This document shows positions 48,986 to 61,550 of a DNA stretch of 64,000 nucleotides, one piece after another. This DNA comes from Asterias rubens (taxonomy: Eukaryota), in assembly GCF_902459465.1 (NCBI RefSeq), contig NC_047081.1, forward strand, positions 9,796,001 to 9,860,000, read 5' to 3'. The stretch's first letter is position 1, and each line of letters starts with the position of its first letter. The translations under genes were made by a program, and so were the position numbers. A model generated the notes under the pieces. The model made no database searches. It saw only the letters and a program-made list of their open reading frames with translations, and was not told the DNA's origin.

Positions 48986-51900
48986 GTAAGTTGTCACACA
49001 TTCAGTAGTGTATGTATGTACATGTACGTCATGTAAAACGTACATCCATATACTGTACATCGTCATTCCCCAATACGTGTGTGCACGTCGCAACACTGAG
49101 TACCATTTATTATTTTATCGAACCGTCCAAAACATTGCTTTGTTTTTCGCTAAGTGGGGTGATCCCAAACATACCTTTGTTGCCTGGGGCGGTCGTTAAA
49201 TTCAATAGAATTATCAGGGACAACAAGGCTGATTTATTCAGTCCTTCAAAAAAGGTGAATATTTCCCTGACATTGATATGCAATTTTTGTAAATTATTTG
49301 TTGAGTGTTGGAGTCCATATTTTGACTGATCGGTTGCATTGGCATGGCATGGAGTGAGTGATATTATGAACAACAGTCACGACTGCAAATGTAACGTGTA
49401 TGTTTGATTTCTGCATGAATTCGGTGAGATTTGTATCTATACTGTATGAGGGTAGCATTATGATCTTGGCATGGATGATGTTGAACATGTTTTATGAATG
49501 TGTGATTTATCAAACAGAGGAGAACACAAAATCACCAATAATTGACATCATTTTATTATTTATTGACATTATTATTGGATTGGTCATACCTTGTGTTTAT
49601 GAAACAGTTTTCACTGTGATCGTCCTGGCAATAATTGATTTTCTGTTGTCGGTACGATAGGCTTGAGCTTAGCGTTAAAACACATCGTTAACCAAACCCA
49701 AACAAGCATACAATTTACACAGAAGGAAAGTTTTACTGCATAGTTTTTACGTGGTTATGAATATATATGAGTTAGACCATGGAGGTAGAAATTAGACAGT
49801 GAAGATTTGTAACTTGCAATTTTTGTTTTAGTTTGTAGGGACTAGCCATTGGCATTGCGTATTCATAGTTACGATACGGTACTTTTATTATGCAGTTTTT
49901 GATCTCTTTGGAGTTGACGTAACTTGATAATGATAGCTAGCCACATATTTGTACACAGTTGATGATTTTAAAACCCATACTAGCTCCATGTGTTCAGTAT
50001 CGGCCTAGATAATGAACCTGTGATGGAGCATGGTTTGCTTATAATATTTATCATGATGTGTACCTCATGTGTATTGCAAATTACTTTTATCTTTTGTAAA
50101 CATTTATGTATTTTCTGATACAATTTTTGATACAACGCATTGTACAAAGATCTTCAAAGTTGCACGCCATACAATGTTTACAAATTCAAATCTTATTGGG
50201 CAAAAAACCTATCAATCCTTTGCAAAGTTGGGGTTAAATTTTGAAATATCCTCCAGACTCACTGCATGTCTTATTATTGTAGCCTAGCTTTTATTTAATA
50301 ATGTGTACCGGGTAATATTTCATTCCTTTTCAGATAGGTTGCTCGCCTGTTATTGTTTGGTTTGGAATTGGAAATTTTGGTTAGTAAATCTTTAAAAAAA
50401 AACTTTCGACTACGTCCAACCAATCGTAAAATAATTGAACTTTGTTAGATGGTCCGGTGGGTACATGCATCATTCAATCGTACCAAGTTAGGTTTTCTGT
50501 GATTGGAACTGGTCAAACTGAACTAAACGGAATGTTTACACTTAAAATTAAATTCATGTTTTCAGTCATCAAACTAAATAAAGAAGTTTCTTTCGTTACC
50601 ATCTAGTCTTTCCTCTTAAGAACTGCAAAATTATCCACAAGGAACGAGAAGTCTAAAAAGAACAATTTTGAAATAAAAGTGATGTGTTTACAAAGATTTC
50701 ATCTCACTTTTCCATTTTTTTAATCTGAAGACAAGAGAGGCATATTGATAGCGTAACCTATATACATGTACATGCTCAACAAATGTACAAAGTGTACATC
50801 TTTTTCCGAATAGATTATTTGGGTGGTTAATGGGATAAAGTGGCAGCTCAAATTGTCTGAAGAATTTCTATTTTAGATAAAAACATAAACTATCATCATC
50901 AATCACAGGTCATCTGTCATATCATTTCCATGCCAAGTTACCACCATGAACCAGTATAGTGACCTCTTTCTTGTAGGAACGTATTACCAGAGTGTCTTTG
51001 ACAAGATAATGCAGGTTTCAAATTTCTCAAGAATTTCAGCCATGTTAAGTACCCATCATATTGACCTTGAACTTCGGGGGGGGGGGGGGAAGCACACAGA
51101 GTTCTTGGAAAAATGAACTAAACTTTTTGCGTCAAGACAGTATGATTGACCACTTTGACCGACCGTGGACACTGGCATGACTTAGGCATAAGGGCATTGC
51201 TCGGTGTAAACATGTGTACACATCTGACATATTAAATTCCACGTCATAAACCTCCTGCAAGAAATGTTGTATTTTTATGCCTTGGCTTGACGAAAGTCAT
51301 CTGTTGCCGTGCACATTTGTTCAACACTGTGACAGGTAAATCTACATGTAGCTCTTACAACTCTGGAGGGCGACATTTGCTTAATAGTTAACCATGCTGG
51401 CACATGTCACTGACTGTTCTTTGCATATAGGCCTACACATGCATGTACCATTGATCTTGCATGCTTAAGTGATAAAACATCATGGTGTACATATGTACAC
51501 TACAGATCATGTTTACATTTTACCGTGTGCAATGTAAATGAGTTTACATGAACAATTTACATTATATTTATACTGTCTTCCACATGGCAGATTACATTCA
51601 GCATGCCATATTAAGCAACACATGATTTGTCTCATCTTTCTTCCGTCATCTTCTATAGTGGCAATTATTCATTGAAGATGATTCATTGTGTTGCAATAGC
51701 CTGAAATACTGCACAAACAAGTGGTTGTTGAATTGGAGCCTTGCCATATTATTATTATTAATAAGTATGACAAATCAGCACGATACAAGGTTTATGAGTA
51801 TGAGTAGTATATCACTCGGAGTCCTATTTTTTGTCATGTAAAGTTTGTCCATTTATTTATCAGCGGGCATTTTCACTAAAACAAACTGTTAAGGGAAAAA

Positions 51901-52242
51901 GGTAAACAGTTTTATCCTTTCATTCGTTGATTTCTTTTACTCTTGAGAAAGAAAGATTGAAGATCAACTACATTACAGCTGATAGTGTTAATATCTTTTG
52001 CGTGTTTTTAATAAGTAATATTTTCTTTTCTTTTTTTGTATGGACAGGACTTTGTTGAAGATAAATAGAAAAGCTACACTTACCATCTACTGAGGTTAAT
52101 TCATATTGAGCTCAATTCTTTGTATAGGTGAGTGTCACGCCCGATTCATACTTCCTGCCAATGCGAAGCGAGTTTTGACATCACAGGGCTATTTTCGCAG
52201 CGAATGTTTCACAAGAGTTGAGCACAAGCCGACTACATGTAA

Positions 52243-52302
52243 TGCGAATTATTCGTTGCAAATTATTCATTGCGAATTATTTGTTGCGAATTATGCGTTG
52301 CG
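52243..52302. repeat. 14-bp minisatellite, 4+ units (TGCGAATTATTCGT)
   Basis: Units start at 52243, 52257, 52271 and 52285. Confidence 0.8.
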
Positions 52303-52483
52303 CTGCATTCGCATTCACAGGAAGTATGAACCGGCTTTAGTGTTTGAAGTTCTTACATGTAGCTCTGAGCATCTCAAAGCCTAGAGACACTATACATGTA
52401 AGTTTTACGTGTGTTGTACTCAATCACAACCTTATTAAGAGACTTTTGAGACACAAGAAGTTGATAGAAGACTTATCATGTTT

Positions 52484-52653
52484 CAGGCCTTGAACTTCGC
52501 TCGAGAAGGGGCACAACATTTTTCCTCTGGTAAGGGTCACTTCTATGTGGGGAAAATGTAAGTTGTTATTGGAACCTTGCAGAGGGCACCACAGCAAAAG
52601 CACAGGGCACCACAGCAATTGCTGTGGGTGCCGTGGGTTATTTTTGAGGCCAG
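52484..52653 (+). mobile_element. CAGGCCTTGAAC-family MITE (near-identical sister at 54021-54187)
   Basis: Shared body GGCACCACAGCAATTGCTGT...GTTTATTTTTGAGGCC; the two copies flank the KAT6 coding exon. Confidence 0.65.
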
Positions 52654-53389
52654 TTGCTTTGTATTGTAACATCAACACATAAACAAATGGTGTAAACAGT
52701 AAGAAATCTCGCAAGCTTCCACGGACATCTCTAATTGATGTCGCTTCATCGTGTTATTTTCCTGTACACAGGCGAAAACCATTTTATGTTCTGGTAAGAA
52801 TTCAGATTTGTTCAATTTCTGACACTGTTTCATCATGTTTCAATGGTTCTTCTAGTTGAGAAAGTCAGGTATTTGTTTATTTTTAACAGTTTGAGGGCAA
52901 GCAAGTGAAGGCTGCTGGCAGCATTGAATGGCCTGAATTACATTGGGATGTCCCTATTTTCATTGTGGTTTTGTTATCGGTCTTTCCATCAGCAAAGTAT
53001 TTACACTGTTAATATCAAATATCACTTTTTATCTTTCCCGAGGCAGATCAGTTCATGCAACAAGCCAAGCCAAGGTCATCAGCTACTTACATGTCAACAA
53101 AGACAGGATTTTTAACCGCAGTGTATGATTAGCCACAGTACATTTGCCACCAGTGGAATATCCTAACTTGTATTGGACTGGTGTTATTGTTGACCAATTC
53201 AAAAGGTCAAACCAAAGGTCACCCAACCAGGAAGTATTCAGCTCCTTGTGTATTAAACACTTCCTGACAATGTAAAAAAAAAAATTGACTACAGACTTGT
53301 CAAACAATGTGATTTTATAAAGCTAAGTAGCAAAGTGATCCAAAGTATGCACCCCAGCAGAAACTGCTTGTGACAGCTGGCTGGGCATA

Positions 53390-53953
53390 ATGGTGAAGGA
53401 TAGCGACTCTTGTCTCGCCAATCCGAAGTACACGCAGTGGATTCTGGAAGCCATCTCCAAAATCAAGAAGCAGAAGCAGAGGCCCTCACAGGATCGCATC
53501 TGCCATGTCGTCCACTCCAACCGGGGATTGAGTGAGACTCTGGTGTTGGAGCAGTTGGACCTCAGCGTCAAAGATGGCAATATTTCCAAGGTGATCAACA
53601 AGGGCGTGGCCTCCTTTAGGGACGCGGATGTAGGGAGGACAATGAAGAAGCGCGGCCCGTTGGCCGCGAGCTTACCAAACAGAAACTCAAACATGCTCAA
53701 GTTAATGCAGAACGCCATCGTCAATCTGGGCGATAGCGGATCGACGTTGAAGAGCATTGAGCGATACATCCGCCAATCGCATGCGGACATTGATCATGGT
53801 GAGCTGACGTCACAAATACGGCTGGCCGCTAAAAAAGGGGCCAGTAATGGCAAACTTTTGAAAGATGGTCGCATTTACAAGATGCCAAAGTCGCTGAGTG
53901 GAAACACTCGTTCTAAGGAAACTGCGAGTAGTAGCACCTCGGTGAATTCAAAG
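53390..53953 (+). CDS. KAT6: First coding exon of KAT6 (MOZ/MORF/enok) MYST histone acetyltransferase: winged-helix WH1 plus H15-like WH2; gene continues beyond window
   Basis: MVK...LANPKYTQWILEAISKIKKQKQRPSQDRIC...LEQLDLSVKDG...GSTLKSIERY closely matches the KAT6A/B N-terminus. Donor AAG|GTAAGA at 53954, phase 0. Acceptor near 53042-53046. No PHD or MYST exon was recognised in 53954-64000. Confidence 0.9.
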
Positions 53954-55313
53954 GTAAGAAGAAGCATAAAGTATTGCAATAAACTAAGATTCTTTATTTC
54001 AGATTTTTCAACTCATTTTCCAGGCCTTGAACTGCACTCTTCAAGGGGCACAGCAATTTACCTCTGGTAAGAGGCACTTCTATAAGGAAAATGTCAATTT
54101 GTACTGGAACTTTGCAGAGGGCACCTCGGCAAAAGCACAGGGCACCACGGCAATTGCTGTTGGTGTCATGGTTTATTTTGAGGCCTGATTTTTGAGTCAT
54201 TTATCCTTTTATAGAATAACTTTTGCCAAATGACATGGTAAACCTTTCGCTGTCATCACTTAATTTTAAAGCACTTCCTAATATGACGCTGACTGGGGTT
54301 ATGCTTATATTTTGACCCCAAGAAAGCAAAATTATTTTGTTCAGACATTGGTCACTGATATAAAAAAACAACAAAATAAAAAGTTTAAAAAAATGTCTTC
54401 CATGCAAGATCTTTCTATCTTTCAAAAGGTTACAAGGTAGTTGTGCTTACAAGAAATAATTAAATAAATTGAACAATCTTAAAATACTAATTTTCCTGAG
54501 ACTCGTCAGCCCCACTTTTGATTGATGTCACCAATCATGCTCAGTTAAATGTCATTAAAAAGTTAAAAACACATGAGAACTAAGTAAAAAGAAAAGAAAA
54601 AAAAAGATTTGTGTATTCCCTTTAAAGGTAGGAGGTCTTTGATTGAAATGAGTAGACAAGGCCCTAATTGAATGTGTCATATTTTGGTTGACTCAACACG
54701 TGATTGAACAAAGCACTTATTTGACACTTCATATTACGGCATACGACTCGGCAATATGTGTGCTCTTAGCAATTTCAGAATGCGGAGTATCGGCACCAAT
54801 CTGACACGTCCTAGCCGCAATTCCACTTCAAGTCAAGTATCCCATTTCTCCCTCAAAAGATACCGTTTATACTGTCCCGCTTGGCATCCCATTTTAAATA
54901 ATGAATATCTCTCACTTAAAATATGAATGCTACACGGCTATTGCTGCAGTTCTGTGTGTACGTACGTATATCTAATTTCTGTTGACCTTTTGTTGTTTGT
55001 CATTGAAATCAGCGTGGCTAAAGGGTTTCCAGAGGGTTGTGATTAACATTTTGTGTCCTGCATTGCTTCTCATTTGAAATAATGAAATCCTCATTTGATG
55101 CTATAATAACAAGATTTTTATAGTCATGTGTACAGCACTAAAATGTAGCCCCCCCATTGGGGTTTTATTGTTCATCATTGAAATAATCTTGGCCAAAGGG
55201 TTTCATAATGTAAGATTGTTCTTAACTTTGCATTCCATTCAAGGGTGTACATATAAAGTAGCATTCCATTCATCCAAGGGTGAATGTAGTGTACATGTAC
55301 AGTAGGCCTACAT

Positions 55314-55609
55314 CATAGAGTTATATATATAAGAACTAGAGGGCGCACGGGTGATGCTTCGTGCACAAAAGCGACGGGACCGCAAGGAGACACGCGCGCG
55401 CCATTCTGTACGCGTGTTGAATATGAAACACACGTTGGAGTTTGTGTTTATTAAACGCTACGCGATGCTGTTTTGTTCAACTTACAAAATGGTCGCACAA
55501 ACACACGCTGTGGGATGCCAGTTTTGTCAACTTACAAAATGGCCGCCTGCGTGCATGCCGGGGCGCTCATATAGGCCAGTGCGTCCTCTAATTCTTATAT
55601 AACTCTATG
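55314..55609. mobile_element. P-element-like (or hAT) MITE with 8-bp TSD GCCTACAT
   Basis: TIR CATAGAGTTATATA..AAGAA(C/T)TAGAGG(G/A)CGCAC; exact GCCTACAT at 55306-55313 and 55610-55617. Confidence 0.8.
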
Positions 55610-56946
55610 GCCTACATGTACAGTGTAATGTAGTTGTAGTTGAAATCATATTTGGCCTGATTTTGATGGACAGTGACACCGTGGGATTTCCATCACTCAT
55701 CATTTCATGTAAACGTAATACAACTTTGGCACTCATTTCATGTAAAGCTTGCATCTATAGGAGCTTGAAAGAGAAATGCAGTTTCTAAGGTCAAGACTGG
55801 GTTAACAATTTTAATAAATACAAACTGCTTCTGAAAAGGTTCAATTGCCTTGATCACCTGAAAACTGCCCTCTCTGCTGGGAAGTGTGAACATTTAAGGG
55901 CTGTCCCAGATAAACCAGATTGTTTGAACGATTTATCACCATCAACCTTCATGTAACTACTATAGGAAAGGTGTCCACTATTATCTGGATGGTATTTGAT
56001 TTGTGGTTGTAGAGTCAACCATGTCAGCCCCGAAGCCACTGGAGTTTTGTCTGGGGCACAAACAACAGCCACCACAAGTACACTACAATGGGTATTCCTC
56101 TTTGGAAGTCTAATATTAGATTGTTGTTGTCACTACATGTGGTCCATGGGTATTTAGAAACACAACATGGAATTCTGCTCAAAGTGCAGTGCTTGTTAGT
56201 TGAGACGCTTGTATTGTATAATAACATCCCGTCAACTCAAAGGCAGCTTTGGCCAAACAAGTTATTGGTGTTTTTTTACGGCATCAATCTTTTGTTCCCT
56301 GAAAACTTTCATGTTATGAAAAAAACAATCCAATTTCCTTATGGAAATGTTGACCATCAGTTCATCTTGCAAACGTCGCAGAATAAGAGATCCAGGTGGG
56401 AGCGCACGGTAGAGTTACACCAAAGCCAGTCACGGTAACTTTCCAGGTAGTAGTGGAAGAAAAAGTCCAACGGAAACACGACTATTAAAACTTACATGTA
56501 GTTGATACACTTTCTTCACAGTCCTTGGCTGGGGAAGTGTGACACATTCCATCTTTCTTTGTGTACAGTGGATGGTTAACCATCTTCAGGTAAAACTAAG
56601 CCTATCACTGACAGTTTGGATCTGATAGCAGCTCATGTTGAGATAGCATCCTCTTTTTATTAGCAGAAGGATTGATTTCAGATGGGCTTCATGATTCAAG
56701 ATGTTGTGCGTGTTTAGTACAATTAAATTAGTAAGCTTTGTATACATTCAAATCAAAATCGACCTTAATTTATTTATGAAGGAGGCTTTATTTATTCTCA
56801 TGCATACTTTGAATATATTTAAAAGGTTGAAATAACAATGATTAGGTTCAACAAACAATCAAACAATCAGACAGAAATCAAACAGAATTTGAGATGACCA
56901 GCAGAGCATCTAATTCAAGGTACGTGAATGTGCAAATTACATTTAA

Positions 56947-57052
56947 AGGCAGTGGACACTATTGGTAATTACCCAAAATAATTATTGGCATAAAACCTTT
57001 CTTGGTAACGAGTAATGGGGAGAGGTTGATAGTATAAAACATTGTGAGAAAC
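56947..57052 (+). mobile_element. Kolobok/T2-type MITE left-end fragment
   Basis: TTAA-AGGCAGTGGACAC plus ~100 bp of family body. Confidence 0.75.
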
Positions 57053-57734
57053 ATTGTGTCCCCTGACTCACACACAAGGATAACGCTTAGATGTTTTCAC
57101 AGGTTTGTAGTTTCATGTTTTTATGGTTGATCACACAAAACATAAACATCATCTGCAACTACAATAATGTGTACATTATGTTGTCAGGGCTCTAACAGTA
57201 CAATCCTGTTAAAAGGTTTTTTTTAATTATTTTTGTTTTACTTTTTTTTTTTTAACGGCACAAAACCCCATGTCCACAGAGTTACACTAAACTTGCACGG
57301 TTTGAAGATAATGATGGTGGAAAGCTTCCCTTTAAAAAGAATATTACTTGTTGAGGTGCTGTACTTTTTGAGAAATGAGTAACACAATGTACAACAATTT
57401 TACACGACTCCTGAAAACATTGGCTCTGTGATTTTCACTTTTTTTTGTGTGGAAAAACTTTACGACTAAATGAAGCTCAAACTTCTACAGGTAAATTCTA
57501 TAACATACATCTTCATCCACAGTGAGTAGGGATTCATGTCATGGCCAAAACAAAAACTTGATCTACAAAAGGTATCAAAACCCTGTCAGCCCTGTAATAC
57601 CTTTAGGGATTTCCCATACTTTTTATGTACATGTTCTGATTGGCGATGTCCATGTGTTGACCACCTGCTTAATGATACTTCCTGTCTAGGAGTTGAACTG
57701 ACCAGGTCAGGTGCCCTTGTCTGAAGGCCACACC

Positions 57735-58348
57735 TCCTGAGGGGGGTTAACCTCCCCCTGCATACCCCCATGTGTATCGTTGAAAGTATGTGTAGAGGAT
57801 CCACACAGGGACACTCATGGTAAACAAGATTCTTAATTATCATGCTCGTGTACTCAATTTTATAGAGCTGCTTTATAGAAGCACTGGAAGTGGCTAAGCA
57901 CAACAAAATTATGCTTAATCGAAATATGCTTACCTGTGAGGGTAATCTCCTTGAATACCCCACGAGTATTGTGTAAAGTCTGTGTAGAGGATCCACACAC
58001 AGGGACACTCTTGGTAAACAAGATTCTTAATTATCATGCTCGTGTACTCTGGGCCCAATTTCATAGAGCTGCTTAATAGAAGCACATAAAGTGGCTAAGC
58101 ACAACAAAATTATGCTTAATCGAAATATGCTTACCTGTGAGGGTAACCTCCTTGAATACCCCATGAGTATTGTTATTTATGTATGTATTAAGTCTGTGTA
58201 GAGGATCCACTCAGGGACACTCTTGGTAGACAAGATTCTTAATTAATATCATGTTCTTACAAGTACATGTACGTACTCTGGGCCCAATTCAACAGAGCTG
58301 CTTAATAGAAGCACACAAAGTGGCTAAGCACAACAAAGTTATGCTTAC
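57735..58348. repeat. ~3-copy tandem array, 192-214 bp unit containing a Harbinger-MITE left end
   Basis: TGTGTAGAGGATCCAC at 57789, 57981 and 58195; GGGCCCAATT at 58051 and 58280 (deleted in copy 1). Confidence 0.85.
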
Positions 58349-60400
58349 ATGCAATGTACCTGCCAAGCTACCATGGCCCAGTTTCATGAAGCTGTCTAAT
58401 TAGCAGGAAAATACTGCTTGGCAAATTTCTATACTAAGCAAAAAATTGATTCGCTGTTGCAGTAAAAAATACGGTCAATTGATAAATACAAATGCTGGAG
58501 TCCGGAATTGGTTCATTGGGAAACGCTTGGTTTATTTACTCGCCCTCAATGCATCAATAGCAAAAAGAATAGTGGATACGTACACGCAGTTATGTTAACA
58601 ATTTATAATCCATTTTCTTTATTAATGCCAAATGTAAGAGATTATAGGCTTTTAAGGCCGTTAAAGTCGAGGTCGGTCGGGTTACCGTAAACACAGCATT
58701 AATTTTATTTTGCTAAATCAACAGATCACCTCATCCACGTAAAAACAGCCTAATACCCATGGTTTTAGGTGGATGTACAAATGTACATGTAGGCCTACAC
58801 TGTACATGTACATCTACTGCACACTGTACGTGACAAATACATGTAAGCTGTAGCTGGCTAAATACCTTTGGCCTTAGAATGAATTATTAAATACATAAAT
58901 GTTCTGTTAATATCTAGTGTAGAAACATAAGTGAGTTGTTCAAGTAAGCTCGAGTTCATAAAAATGATTTCAAAATAAGAAATCTTGACTCTTTCAAACA
59001 TCCTATATTTACGCGTTGTAAATACCTTTGGTTTCTGCCACATTTCAACTTTAAAAATTCTGTACAGAACCCAACATACATCTAGATGTGTTTTTAAAAT
59101 AATCTTTTAGGTAAAATGGACACAAACTTGTGCGTGGTGTAATTCATTTTAGTGGTATGGAAAATTAGAACAAGTTATTATAAATCTTTTCAGAATATGT
59201 TTTTTTTTTTTTTTTTATCAAGACGAGCACACTCTTTATATTCTGTATTGAGAACATTGGAAGATATTCATTATGCACAGGACAAGAGCATTGTTATTAT
59301 TGGAAGATATTCATTATGGTTCAGGATATAAGGTTTGGTGGAGAATAATTGGACAATATCAGTACTGCAGGATGTACACAGTTTGCACATTATGAAAGGT
59401 GTCAACAGTTCAACAAAGATAACACAAAAAGAATAACGAGTTGATTTGAACAATTTCCTCGTAAAAAAAGCATTGTGCAGTTTGGTTACTTATCAAAGAA
59501 TGTAAAACAATTAATCTGTATTTAAGAGCCTACTTACCAATCACTTACAAACATGTACCCTTTTCTGTCAGACAGATAATAAATGTCCTGTCTTGAAATC
59601 TAATCAAAATTGCATTACATTAAAAGTAACTGTTTGTTTTAAAGTAATTTTGCTTTGAAAAGTTTAGCGTATTTTTGATGCGAAGTTTTGGCGTGTTTGT
59701 TGGTACTCATTTGGTAAGTGACTCCACTGCTTTCAACAACAAAAAAATACATTTTATTGCTGCCTTTTCTGCTTCTGGTTCCAAAATCTGTCAACCCCAT
59801 TGCTTTTAGCTCTGCTTAATACTATTTCCCTTTTTTTCATTCAGAGCTTCTGTTTGGTTTCATGATTGGTACTAAAGCCATGATCTTGTGCACACTACAC
59901 AGTTTTAACATTTGTATTACAATGTACTCAAATTAAATACTACACATGTTATACTTTTTAAATACAGTGTATTATCCAATGTTTACATTTGAGTGAACTT
60001 TCCATGATGATTATTATAATTGTAAATTCTTTGTACAATGCAAAAGCATAAGAATACTGTAAACATTGAAATGGCTATACTAAAAAAAAAAAAGCTCTTG
60101 CGACACAAAAGAGAAAAACAACTGCAAAGTACTGCCAGCCCCTTTGAGAATTTGAGCTATTTTCCCAAGCGAATTATTTGTGCATCCAATTAATCACAAC
60201 CAGATGCAATTATTTTAACAGATGATGACGCGACATGGCTGCTTCTCAGAAAACGTGGCTTTCCACTATGTATGTGTAATACACTCAAGGGCATTAGACT
60301 ATATTGTGTAATTACTCCTAGGACAATTTGTACGTAGCACACACCGGTCAGAAGTGAATCTTACCGCAGCGTTATATAAACAAAACAATTCAATATTTAA

Positions 60401-60908
60401 AGGCAGTGGACACTATTGGTAATTACTCAAAATAATTATTAGCATAAAGCGTTACTTGCTAACGAGTAATGGGGAGCTGTTGATAGTATAAAATATTGCG
60501 AGAAACCGCTCCCTCTGAAGTAGCGTAGTTTTCGAGAAAGAAGTAATTTTACACGAATTTGATTTCGAGACCTCGGATTTAGAATTTGAGGTCTCGAAAT
60601 CTCGCAAATTCGACGACCGATTGAGCTCAAATTTATACAGGTTTGTTATTTTATGCATACATTTAGATACAGCAAGTGAGAAGACTGGTCTCTGACAATT
60701 ACCAATAGTGTCCAGTGTCTTTAAAGGAAAATAACTTGGTTCCCCCCGCCAAATATTTATTTGTCGTTTTATCTCGCAACTTTGACAGCCGATTGAGCTC
60801 AAATTTTTACAGGTTTGTTATTATATGCATACATGTACATGTGTATGTTGAGACACACCAAGTGAGAAAACTGATCTTTGACAATTACCAAAATAGTGTC
60901 CACTGTCT
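60401..60908 (+). mobile_element. Two tandem Kolobok/T2-type MITE derivatives sharing a central TTAA
   Basis: Copy 1 is 60401-60720 (internally deleted), TTAA at 60721-60724, copy 2 is 60725-60908 (right half), TTAA at 60909-60912. Confidence 0.75.
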
Positions 60909-61369
60909 TTAAACCATTGCATCTTGATTTTTTTGAAAGATCAGTTTAAACTCATACTGTATTTTGTATGAAGAATATGAACACTTGTCACTCTAGTTAA
61001 ATGTTTAAAACCCCCAAATAATTTATGATGTTTAGGTGTGATTGCGGCCCACACACGACGATGCTTAATTTATGCCTGATGTACTTATTACAAGCTGTTA
61101 ATCTTTGTTATAAATTTGCAACGTCAGAATCAATACATTTGATCACCGCCAGCCAGAGTAATGAATTGGCACTCTTTTCAAAAGGGTATTTTCAGTTGTC
61201 TGCAGAGGGGGCTTAATCCAGTTCTAGTTTCGGTGTCGGATTTCTTCCCAGTTCAGGCCTCTTGTTGTCTGGAAATAAGAATATTGGTTGATGGAATACC
61301 AGTGAAGAAAAGACAGAGTGAGAAAAAAAACCCGGTACTCTTGTGTTGGAGTGGTAACCTGATACAGTG

Positions 61370-61550
61370 GTCTGCTATGTACATGCAAATGGTATACCAC
61401 ATTATGTAGTATTTGTACATGGACTTGGTGCCATATGAACAGGTACATGTATGTACGTATAGATGTAGGTATATGGAATAGTACATGTACGTACATGGTA
61501 CATGTAAGTACATGGTACATGTAATGTATGTACCATGTATGGTACATGTT
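61370..61550. repeat. Low-complexity (GTACAT)n-rich tract
   Basis: Dense TACATG/GTACAT words; similar tracts near 49005-49060 and 58770-58850. Confidence 0.7.

Noticed and set aside
55850-56600. Short ORFs and a weak internal repeat (GCTGGGAAGTGTGA) as KAT6 PHD exons or a nested gene
   Set aside because: No Cys/His PHD spacing, and the frames of the two similar segments are inconsistent.
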